Source of the DNA: Octopus vulgaris
Taxonomy: Eukaryota
Direction: 5' to 3'
Assembly: GCA_951406725.2 (NCBI GenBank)
Contig: OX597821.1
Location: forward strand, 46,810,001 to 46,874,000
DNA: 64,000 nucleotides
Below are positions 54,616 through 64,000 of this stretch, in pieces. The translations under genes were made by a program, and so were the position numbers. How positions within the stretch are numbered: position 1 is the first letter of the stretch; every line of letters starts with the position of its first letter. Below the pieces are notes generated by a model, which searched no databases, had not been told where the DNA came from, and saw only the letters and a program-made list of their open reading frames with translations.

Positions 54616-56084
54616 ATGGAGAGAAGACTATTGAAAAACATCAATACTGTCAGAGTGAGAAAGATATGCTAAAAATAACAGCTGATTCACCCATAAAACA
54701 CATCCTTTTATCTGAAAATTATTTTGAAATTATAAATACAAACAAATTGCCAATTCAGACTGTTAAAATTTTTTCGAAAAAATGCCGAAATTTTTTGATC
54801 TATGAGGTTGGGGCTAGGTGTAATGAAGAAATTATAGAATTTTCGCTATTGTTTCATTTGCTTTTTGAAAACAAACGAAGTGCAAAGGGGATCGCCGATT
54901 TTCCAAAAATTTCTTTTTTTTTTTTTTTAACGTTCAAGGCTTCTCCCATTGTTTTTAAGTGTGTAGTACAAGAAGAAAGAAAGAAAGAAGGAAGGAAGGA
55001 AAGAAAGAAAGAAATTAGTCAAAATCGTTTCTGACCGAAGAAGGTAAGTTTGAAAAAAATCATAAGTTTCCAAATTTTTGTTTTTGAACCGTATAATCGT
55101 CTCTCAGTGCATAGTACAAAAAAAAAAAAAAAAGAAAGAAAGAAAGAAAGAAAAAGAAAAGGACAAAATCGGTCTAGAAGTGGAGGAATTATTAATTTTC
55201 AAAAACCTTTTCATAAAATGCTTCACTCCATCAATGGCAAAGGTGTGGGGGAAAAAGTTTGAAAAGTCCCCGTCGAAACGGAGAAAATCCAGACAATGTT
55301 TGCGTGTTATTCCGAAAGTCTGTCAAGGCATTCTATTGTGAGAATTGCCCAGTAACGACGGGATACTCAGTCAGTGTGTGTATGAGTGTGTGCGTGTGGA
55401 GTGTGGGGTATATATATATATATATATATATATTATAAACATACATATGTATATATACATATATACACATACATAGATATGTGCGCACTCATATTACGAC
55501 ACTATGTATGTGTGTGTATGTGTGTGCTTGTGTGCTTGTGTGTATTTGTGTGTGTGCAATGTGAGAAATGCATAGCATAAGATCAAGAGGGAGTATTATT
55601 GAAAAATATAAAGTTCTTGAAGAACAGGATAAAGAGAGTGAAAGATAGGAGGTGGATTATCCCGTCCCCCCTCACAAACACCTATCGTCCTGGAAAAAAT
55701 ATATTATATAACAAAAAGTCTTTAAGTGACCTTAAATTTGCAGGAAGCTAAGGCCGTCGCATCAATTGTCTGCGCAGCTGGTTCCATGGTCGATACCTAA
55801 TTTATAATGGTAGCAGGGAGTTCAACGAAGAGCCCCGAGCTAGATACTGCTTGCCTTTCACTCCCCTAGCAATTAAAGAGCCATAACCAGCTTCCGGATC
55901 AGCTTAAATAGAACTTAATTCAGTGTAAAGAGTGCAAGAAGGGAAAAGGGACAGCTTTTTAAACAGTACGCTCCTATATTACAAAGCGATTGCAACCAAG
56001 ATTTCATTCGTTCGATTATACTTTTTGCAACTTGGCCGTATATCAACCTTTCTTGTGTCAATGATAAGGAAAAAATTATTTAAG

Positions 56085-56380
56085 AGAAACGTTAGAGCGT
56101 CGGACAAAATGCCTTACGGTCTTTAGTGGGAAGTCTTTACACTCTGAGTTCAGATACTACCATGATCAATCTCTCTTTTCATCTATCCTGAGACGACAAA
56201 ATAAAATACCATTCTAGTTCTTGGGTCGATAAGATGAAGTACAAATCAAGCACTGGAAGTCATGAAAATAAAGTACCAAACAAGTACTAGCGCCGATAAT
56301 TAAGTAGCAGGCAATTACTGGTGTGGATAAATTAAAATACTTGTCAAGTACTGGGGTCGATTTAATTGATTAATCACTCC
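56085..56380 (+). mobile_element. Diverged SINE family B with internal ~32-bp tandem amplification
   Basis: Head gaaacgttagagcgtcggacaaaatgcctt, followed by about five repeats like ataaaataagtaccagtcaagtactggggtcg. Confidence 0.65.
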
Positions 56381-56394
56381 CTTATATTTATTTA

Positions 56395-56515
56395 TTTATT
56401 ACCCTTAAGGGGCTAAACTTAGAGGGGGCATACAAGGACAGACAAAGGGATTAAGTCGATTACATCGACCCCAGTGCGTAACTGGAACTTATCTGATCGA
56501 CCCTGAAAGGATAAG
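56395..56515 (-). mobile_element. SINE family B linker and monomer fragment
   Basis: aaggggctaaac...acaaggacagacaaagggattaagtcgattacatcgaccccagtgcgtaactgg. Confidence 0.75.
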
Positions 56516-58141
56516 ACCAAAACTATGAAATTCCTCATGCTTTCTTCTATCATTGAAGTTAAGATACATATATTTTCCTTTTAAGATAAAAAGGCTATTT
56601 AGATCTAAACCTGATTTGAGACGTTACTTACTCTCCAAAACGTTGCCACAAATCTTAATCGAAACTTTTTTCTACTGGACCAAATCTCAATTTTTTTTTT
56701 TTATGCCAAAATGTAGCTAGGGGCCAATCCAGTTCAAAATTGTTAAGTTTTCAATTTGGCTGAGAGCTGAAATAGCGACAAGCTCTGAAAGATGCTGCGT
56801 ATGAATAAATTGCGGCCCCCTATTATTTCACTGTCTTACAGTTGCTCTTTTACGCTCTTTTCACGCTTTTTTTTTATGTCTTATATCCTAATGTTTACCT
56901 CTATCAAATTTTATTGCAAACTTTCTCCGCGTTACATTTCTGTTCTTATTATTTGGTAATGTTATTTTATCTCTACATCTTCCTATTTGTCTCCTCCCTA
57001 CACACTTATCCAGCTCCCTCCACTTCACCTCTAATCTAACTCGTCTTATGACTGAGTGGTAATATTTTATTAAAGGAAGCTTCATCCAACACTTTCTAAA
57101 AATTTCCGACAGTTTTTTTTTTATGGGGTCTCTTAATTTTTTCTATTTTTCTTAACTAGACTCGATTGGCTTCCTCTTACGGTAACAGCAACGTTACATA
57201 TCTTTTTAATTCGTGGTCAATGTTTAGCAAAATTAGTAGATCAGAGAAAATTCTATGCGATATTTCATTAACATTGCTATACACACTAAGTTCAAATCAT
57301 GCCGAAGTCAACTTTACCACTTTACTTTTCATCTAATGAGAACTTGTGCCACGCGGTAGTATTTGTTATGACAAATTAACCTCTACATAGTCAATCGACT
57401 AACTATTAACAATAATCAAATCTTCCTCAAATTACTCCCTTCTCTAAATAAAGTGTAGATTGCATAGTGACGTCCAAGATGCATTATGCCTAGCTAAAAG
57501 ATGTAATCGTATATAGAAAACCATTTTTGGTTATATAGATTGAAAACATGGTCTTCTTCCTTGAAGAAGTATTATATCAACCAAAGACTTATCGTTGATA
57601 ATTGTATTCAGAAACTGTACAGGAACCCATTGCCAGTACCGTTCCGGTTCTTGGAGGCTAAAAATTAATAACAGCAGCATCCACCACCAACACCCCCACC
57701 ATGATCTCTTCTCTAGTTTTCTATTTTTCTTTTTCAGTGGACATTATTCGAGTTAGATATCTGGCCTAAGTCAAACTTCTTCCCTCGCTTCCATCTATCG
57801 CTCTAAAATGCTCTAAAGGTTAGAGTTGCTTTCCTTCTTCCATGAACAAAAAAAAGACGTTCTTCTAATAATTATGGCTTACAGGAACAGAGATAACATG
57901 TCAATAGTAGTTTCTTCTACTGGAGAAAATAATAGAATTAGAGAGAAAAAGAGAAACGACTCGGAAATAGAATCTCTTCTTGTCGAGGAATTTTAAATAT
58001 TCAGCTTGACAGCTATTTATAGCTACTAAAGCAATATCAAATGGAGGTTTCCGTCCTACCAGAAAGAGGAAGTGATCTTGGACAGGCAAGGGTAGCAACA
58101 TACATGTTGACATTAGTGATCGTGAGATAACAATAGTAGTG

Positions 58142-58196
<55 letters not shown>

Positions 58197-59104
58197 AGGG
58201 GGGTGGAGATGCGGGAATGGAGGATGTAATAGTGCTGGATGGGGTGGGGGTGATGATGTGTGTGTGTGCGTGGTACAGGGAGGGGCGGTAATGGTGGTGA
58301 TGATGCTGCTGATTTTGGTTGTGGCGGTGGTGGTGGTGGTAGGATATATAGATTACAGATGTCAACGAGAAAGCATCTTCTCGACCGCTCGATTTCTGTG
58401 AATAACAGCCTTAAACCACACACTACCATTTCGAAAAGAAATGATAGGTCGGACGAGGCAACTCTAGATATGTCGAATAAAAAACAATTCGGCCAAATCT
58501 GGAATAACTTTGAACAGAACTATCTTCAGTCGCGAAGAAACAATAAAGGGCTGTCATAAGCAATATAAAACATTTCAACTACGTCCATCACTAGCAGAAA
58601 TAAGCACACACCAACTCAACCATCCCTGCTAGTACGTTCAGGCGGCTAAGAGTTACGTTGTTTCTGAAAAGGGTTTTCAATAGATGGGTTAGCAAACGGG
58701 GTCACCACACAATGGCATCATAGGATTATAATCTCTTTAAGTCTCCGTCATTAGTAATTAGTGACAAGCCAAAGCATAATGACCTGTAGTGATGTGAAGT
58801 CGCGGGTTTTACAACAGCTAGGGGTCTCTCGCTCCCGGTGGTTTTAGAGTTATTCTAATTAAACAATAGCTGGAACCCTGACAGGTGTTTCTGCTCCGGG
58901 TCAACTCCGGGTAGACTTGGGAACAATAGTAGGTAAGACGTTGCTTCAGACTCTCAAAAACTTTGGAACTGCTGAACCAGGACCTCACTACCTGCATTCA
59001 ATAAAACAGTGACCCACAATGTGTTTGCAGTGCCAGTACTCATACCAACATATGGGCTACTTGACCGGACGCTTGATGGAATCCGAGCCATTGATTTGAA
59101 AACC

Positions 59105-59540
59105 TGTAAGATACACATAATTTCCATATCAACAGTGAAGTAGACCGACTCTACCGAAAACGAAAACAAGGTGGCAGAGGCTTTATACCGATCCAAACTG
59201 TGCAAATTAAAAATAATTTTCTTCAAATTTTCAGACAATTCTTTTCCTTTTGATGCCATTTTAATCACAATGAAGATTTTCACCACGGTGTATAAATCAA
59301 AGTTCCTGCAGATGCAATAGCAACGACCGGTGCAAAAATGTCAGAAGAAATAATTTATTAGAATTGAAATTATCAGCAATATCTGAATTTAGTAAAAAAA
59401 AAAAAAAAAGATAAAATATTGAATATAGCAAATTTCCTTTCGGGTATAAATATTTTTGTATCATTTGAAAATTAACATTTCGTTCATATCTTTGAAAATG
59501 TTTATTGTTCTGTGTTCCAAATTTGTATAACGTTTGCATG
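59105..59540 (-). mobile_element. Tc1-like transposon 5' fragment
   Basis: From ATG 59259 it reads MASKGKELSENLKKIIFNLH, which resembles Tc1 transposase N-termini. A TIR-like tatacaaatttggaacac lies upstream. No catalytic domain is present. Confidence 0.5.
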
Positions 59541-59915
59541 CATAATATATTTTATTCAGTATAAATTTCGTCTGATTTCCTTCGATATTATCAGGGTAAT
59601 GGCAATTTTACTGAAATTTTTTAGGGCTGTACACACTTCTGTGAGATACTGCATATGTATGCGTTTGTGTGTGTGTATGTACATATCTACATAATATATA
59701 TGTATATATAAATGTATGTTTATATATATTTATGTATGCAGACACAGACACACACACGTATATATATATATATATATATGCAGAGAGAGAAGGGGGAGCA
59801 AGAAAAAGGAAAAGGAAAATATAGAACGCTTCTAAAAATGCAGTAAGTTTTACAAAAAAACAATATTTCAAGCGTAAAAGCCCATCGTCAGAAGGAAGCT
59901 ACACCGATTTAGTTA

Positions 59916-60072
<157 letters not shown>

Positions 60073-60170
60073 CATTCAGTTTATTTCAAGATTTCTTGCC
60101 AATAGAGAAAGAACCGGTTTGTAACGTAGATCCAAGGCCCCTTCATTAGATTTCAGCATCAACAACAGGG
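60073..60170 (-). mobile_element. Short retroelement-like 3' tip inside a (TATG)n tract
   Basis: A ~100-bp complex sequence ending (minus strand) in gaaataaactgaatga, with (TATG)n on both sides. Family unknown. Confidence 0.35.
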
Positions 60171-60304
60171 TATGTATGTATGTATGTATGTATGTATATA
60201 TCTATGTATTAGAGTATTGTGTGCTGCACATGTCTAATGACCATACAATTAATCTCGCTGTATTAAATGACCTTGTGTTTTAACCACGGTAGTTATTGTA
60301 GAAG

Positions 60305-60591
60305 TTGATGTTGTTTGTTCCTTCTCGAGCCATGCCTGGCTCATAAGGGCCGGTTTCCTAGTTTCATTGGCATATAGGTTGCCACCTGGACGGGATACCG
60401 GTCCGTCGCAGGTGAGTTGCTAGATACAGGAGGAAAGAGTGAGAGAAAGTTGTAACGAAAGAGTCTACCTTCTGTCGGAGCCGCGTGGAGCTTAGATGTT
60501 TCACATATACATCGCCTAGCCTGAGATTCAAACCCGCGACCCCTCGACCGCGAGTCCACTCTTCTAACCACTAGGCCATGTGCCTCCACTG
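60305..60591 (-). mobile_element. tRNA-derived SINE, family C head with a different 3' tail, 9-bp TSD
   Basis: Head ggaggcacatggcctagtggttagaagagtggactcgcggtcgagggtcgcgggtttgaatctc resembles 24918-24850. TSD ttgtagaag at 60296-60304 and 60592-60600. Confidence 0.82.
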
Positions 60592-61149
60592 TTGTAGAAG
60601 AACCTGAAGAAAAGCTCAGCCGACTTCTCAAAAGTGCCTTCACCTTTTTGTTTTAGTCTACTCGAATTATTATTCGGTCCATTCTGCAGAGTTTAGTCAC
60701 ACATTCTGATAAAAATGTCTGATTAATTTCTAACTACGAATTTTACATCACACAAAACTATTGACAAAAGAAATTAGTATCACACCGTTAACAGTGAATC
60801 TGATATATTCCTTGTTTAAAGATGGGAAATGTATAAATACTGTAAATTATGTAGGTTGTTGCCCCAGTGATTTCGATCCCTCTACTCCACGTACCTCAGT
60901 AACTATTATTTCTTGTTTGAAGTTTTGCCTCAACAAAAGCTGATTCAACTCGAAGTCTGTCGTTGGCTAAACATAAAACTTTATCTTGACGATTCTGTAT
61001 TCCTATTTGTTATGTTATGTGAGCATGGGCACTAATAAACATCCTCCGTTTGTATCTTCATTGGCTTTTATATCGTAAATACCAATACAAAGTAACAAAG
61101 AATTGGTATGAGCTTTTGGCTCGTAAAGTAATGTAGGAAGATGGCAAAC

Positions 61150-61600
61150 GGTCGATATTTCTCGGATTATGATTTTCCGACTGATAGAGTAATTGAGCAT
61201 CGCCGACCGGATATGGTCGTATTGAACAAGAAAGACAAGTACTGTCAGGTCATTGACGTAGCCATGCCAAATGACATGTATACTGCGAATAAAGAGGTTG
61301 AAAATATCACCAAGTACTCCGAATTGAAAGTGAAAATGTTAAGACTATTTTGAATTCCTGTGATACCAGTTGTGATTAAGGCATTAGGGTAGAAGCCACT
61401 GAAACTTCAAGATTTCGTAATGTGGTTGGGAATACTACGGAAAACCGGTATCATGCATAAAGCAGTCTTGCTAAGTACTGCGCACATTTAAAGAAAATTA
61501 TTATCTAAGTTTCGACTATGACGTGACTAATGATTGAATACTCCTGTGCATTTTCCATCTACACTGCAAGACAAAAAACAACAATAATGATGACAGTTAT
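61150..61600 (+). mobile_element. R4/Dong-clade RLE 3' fragment, same family as 638-1100
   Basis: DFPTDRVIEHRRPDMVVLNKKDKYCQVIDVAMPND...TKYSELKV..., then IPVVIKALG and HKAVLLSTAHI. The UTR shares actcc(t/g)gtgcatttt with the 638 copy and is followed by (AAT/GAT)n. Confidence 0.87.
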
Positions 61601-61696
61601 GGTGATGATGATGATGATGATGATGAGGAGGAGGATTATGATGATAATGATGATGATGTGGAGGATTATGATTATGATGATGATGATGATGATAGT

Positions 61697-61907
61697 TTCA
61701 AATTTTTCCAGGAGCCAGCAATTTTAGAGGAAGAGGTAAATCGATTATATCGATCGTTATGCTCAACTGTTACTTATTTTATCAACACCGAAAGCATGAA
61801 AAGCACAGCCGAACTCAGCAGAATTCGAACTCACAAAGTAAAGACAGACGAAATGCCGCTAAGCACTTTGCTCAGCGTGCTAACAATTCTGCTAGCTCAC
61901 TGTCTTT
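61697..61907 (-). mobile_element. SINE family B
   Basis: tcgattatatcgatc...ccgaaagcatgaaaagcac...gaattcgaactc...gacgaaatgccgctaagcac...ctgctagctcac. Confidence 0.75.
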
Positions 61908-61956
61908 CATAATAATAATTAATTCTTTCTAATATAGGCACAAGGCCTGAAATTTA

Positions 61957-63200
61957 GTTTTAAAATTTGAGATTACATAGACAGTATTTTACGTAGGATA
62001 TAGGCAGTTCCCATAAGCACTATTTTTTTAATTTCTGCCATTTTGGAGTTTCCTGGTATCTGAGCTAGGTAGCAATCGGTCCCTTTTCCTATCATTCCTG
62101 GGGCATCTATGACAACAGGTATTGTTTTAGTCTTCAGATTCCACATTTTGCTCATTTCTATTTCTTTATACTTGCTCAGTTTTTGGTAGGACTTCACAGA
62201 TACGTTTATATCGATTGGTACAGTCATATCAATAAGGAGGCGTGAATTTTGTCTAAAGTCTTTCAATATGATGTCTGGCCTATTTGTACTTATCTTTCTG
62301 TCAGTTTGAATGGTGAAGTTCGAGAGGAGGGAGATGTGATCATTTTCAAGCACTGGAGGTGTTCCTACCAGTTTTTATCATGGGGCAGGTCCAGGTTTTT
62401 GCAAATTACCCAGTGAATATATTGTGCAGCTCTATCATACCTGTAGGCGCAAGAAAACTGCACATGGAGATGATCAATGGTCTCATTTTGTTATTGACAT
62501 ACACGACATATTGGGGAGCTGCCGCTCTTTAATATGTTGGACCGGTAGTTTCTTGTAGGTAGGCATTGTTCTTGGGCAGCTATGATAAACCCTTCTGTTT
62601 CTGATTTTAAGCCAGAAGTCATTATCCATTGATGGGTAAGGGCTTTGTCAGCATCGGCCTTATTCGCTCTCTTTGGATATTTGCCATTGGTAGGTTTTTC
62701 TTGCCATTTATCGGTCAGAATATCTAAGGTAGCAATTTCAGCACGGGTTTTCATGCGCTTTCTGTGCTTGTTTCTAGTAGCCTAATTCTGGAATTTGTTG
62801 TATTCCGAATTCACTTAGATATTCCTTTGGCTGTTTTGTAACTGAGTAGGATGCTTTCTTGTTTTCATGTTTTGAGACAAGTTTTAACATCCAGTCCTCA
62901 AAGTTTTCCAGGTAGGTATCTAGGCCAATTGTGGCTATCTTCATTGTTAATGCCAGTTGTAAAAGTCCACAGCCTCCTTCTTTTCTTGGCAGATTTGCCT
63001 TAGGGTGGTGCATTCTATGCATTGTCAGCAGTTTTCGTATTTTTCTGTCAAGATTACATATTTCAGTAATTGACCAGTTAATGGTATTGAAACTATAAGT
63101 CACGACTGGTATGGCTAAAGCATTTATTACTTCGATTCTGTTTCTTGCATTCAGCTCTGTCTTCAGTATTGCTCTCAGCCTGCGATAACATTCTCTTCAT
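61957..63200 (-). mobile_element. R4/Dong-clade non-LTR retrotransposon, 5'-truncated (post-RT region, CCHC knuckle, RLE), defective
   Basis: Reads RAILKTELNARNRIEVINALAIPVVTYSF, LPRKEGGCGL, LKSETEGFIIAAQEQCLPTRNY...CRVC..NETIDH and TDRKISTNRPDIILKD...LIDMTVP...KLSKY...VLMGTAYILRKILSM*. Stop at 61973-61975. Confidence 0.92.
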
Positions 63201-63217
63201 CACTGTATGTTTGATTC

Positions 63218-63495
63218 CGTCCCCTCAAAATAAGGGTAGACGAACATCGCAAAGCTGTGAGACGAGGAGATATTGATAAATTGGGTATAGCTGATCGTGT
63301 ATGGAAAATGAAGACCATCTTCCCCTGTGTGATGAAGTTAAAATAATAGACAGAGAACACCACTGGAAAATACGAAAACTAAAAGAAGCAGCACATATGC
63401 TACGACACAACAACCTCCTAAGAAGACCGAGTGTAGATATGAACAGCATTTGGGAACCGGTATTAGGGAAGGATAGAAAAATATTAAATTTATAA
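63218..63495 (+). pseudogene. Penelope-like element GIY-YIG endonuclease, C-terminal remnant
   Basis: RPLKIRVDEHRKAVRRGDIDKLGIADRVW, then a frameshift, then EDHLPLCDEVKIIDREHHWKIRKLKEAAHM. This fits the R-x-L-x2-R-x2-EH...H...V.II..E..W..R..KEA pattern of PLE GIY-YIG domains. The GIY/YIG motifs themselves are truncated away. Confidence 0.8.
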
Positions 63496-63799
63496 GCCCT
63501 AAAATTCACTCCATAATTGCCCACGCATATGGCGTAGTGGTTAAGAGCGCGGGATACTAACCCCAAGATTCCGAGTTCGATTCCAAGCACTGACCTAAAT
63601 AATAATAATAATAATAATAACAACAACAACAAAAAATACCTTAGGAATGAGAACCCAGGTTCGGAACTTCCCCAAGACACATGGAGGGTATATCAGCCGA
63701 AACGTTGTGTTAACAACAAACAAGATGAGGACAAATATCCGTCGAATGTAAATAATGTAAATAATGTACGTAATTCCTCATCTCTTAAATATAGAACTG
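63496..63799 (+). mobile_element. Penelope 3' terminal region with tRNA-like segment, (AAT)n and core-deleted hammerhead
   Basis: A box TGGCGTAGTGG (63530-63540), B box GAGTTCGATTCC (63573-63584) and (AAT/AAC)n. The segment acac-atggagggtatatcagccGAAACgttgtgtt lacks CTGATGA. Confidence 0.8.
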
Positions 63800-64000
63800 C
63801 ATAAGATTCACGTTTACATCCTTTTTGCTCATCAGGGAATATTCTACTTTCTATTAAAAATATTATAAGTATATTCAGTCAGGATAGATGTTAGCATTTT
63901 ATACATTGTTGTTAAGCAGGTTATGGGTCGATCATTTTTTGGTTCCTTTGATTCTGCATTTTTTGAAATGAGGAATGTTAACCCATTAACTAACCAAGAG

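Noticed and set aside
55760-55975. Possible L1/Tx1 RT remnant on the minus strand (SCPFSLL...CADN)
   Set aside because: The resemblance to GCPLSP/YADD is too degenerate to call without a profile search.
63805-63840. Minus-strand CTGATGA...TAAACGT as a third hammerhead
   Set aside because: GAAA is replaced by TAAA and no stable helix II forms.

Overview
This is AT-rich, microsatellite-dense eukaryotic DNA, apparently intergenic or intronic. I could not support any host protein-coding exon, rRNA, true tRNA gene or CRISPR array, and most ORFs in the supplied track are translations of simple repeats. The repeat landscape resembles a coleoid cephalopod (Octopus-like) genome, but that is inference only. 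The window is a mosaic of decayed transposons: four R4/Dong-type RLE non-LTR fragments, three RTE fragments, a CR1/L2-type 3' end, a Penelope-like GIY-YIG remnant, four mariners, a Tigger/pogo, a Tc1 fragment and many tRNA-derived SINEs. The best candidate for a new system is a Penelope-associated module: tRNA-like Pol III head, then (AAT)n, then a minimal type I hammerhead ribozyme. One copy has an intact core inside a fold-back palindrome (40733-41078). The other has a deleted core and sits right after the GIY-YIG stop codon (63518-63770). Other highlights are a second, unrelated minimal hammerhead (25569-25604), a ~556-bp non-coding element embedded in (AAT)n tracts (3 copies), a SINE flanked by a 194-bp direct duplication, and an RTE ending in three C2H2 fingers. 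All family assignments come from motifs read by eye, and no database search was run. Ends of decayed elements are approximate.
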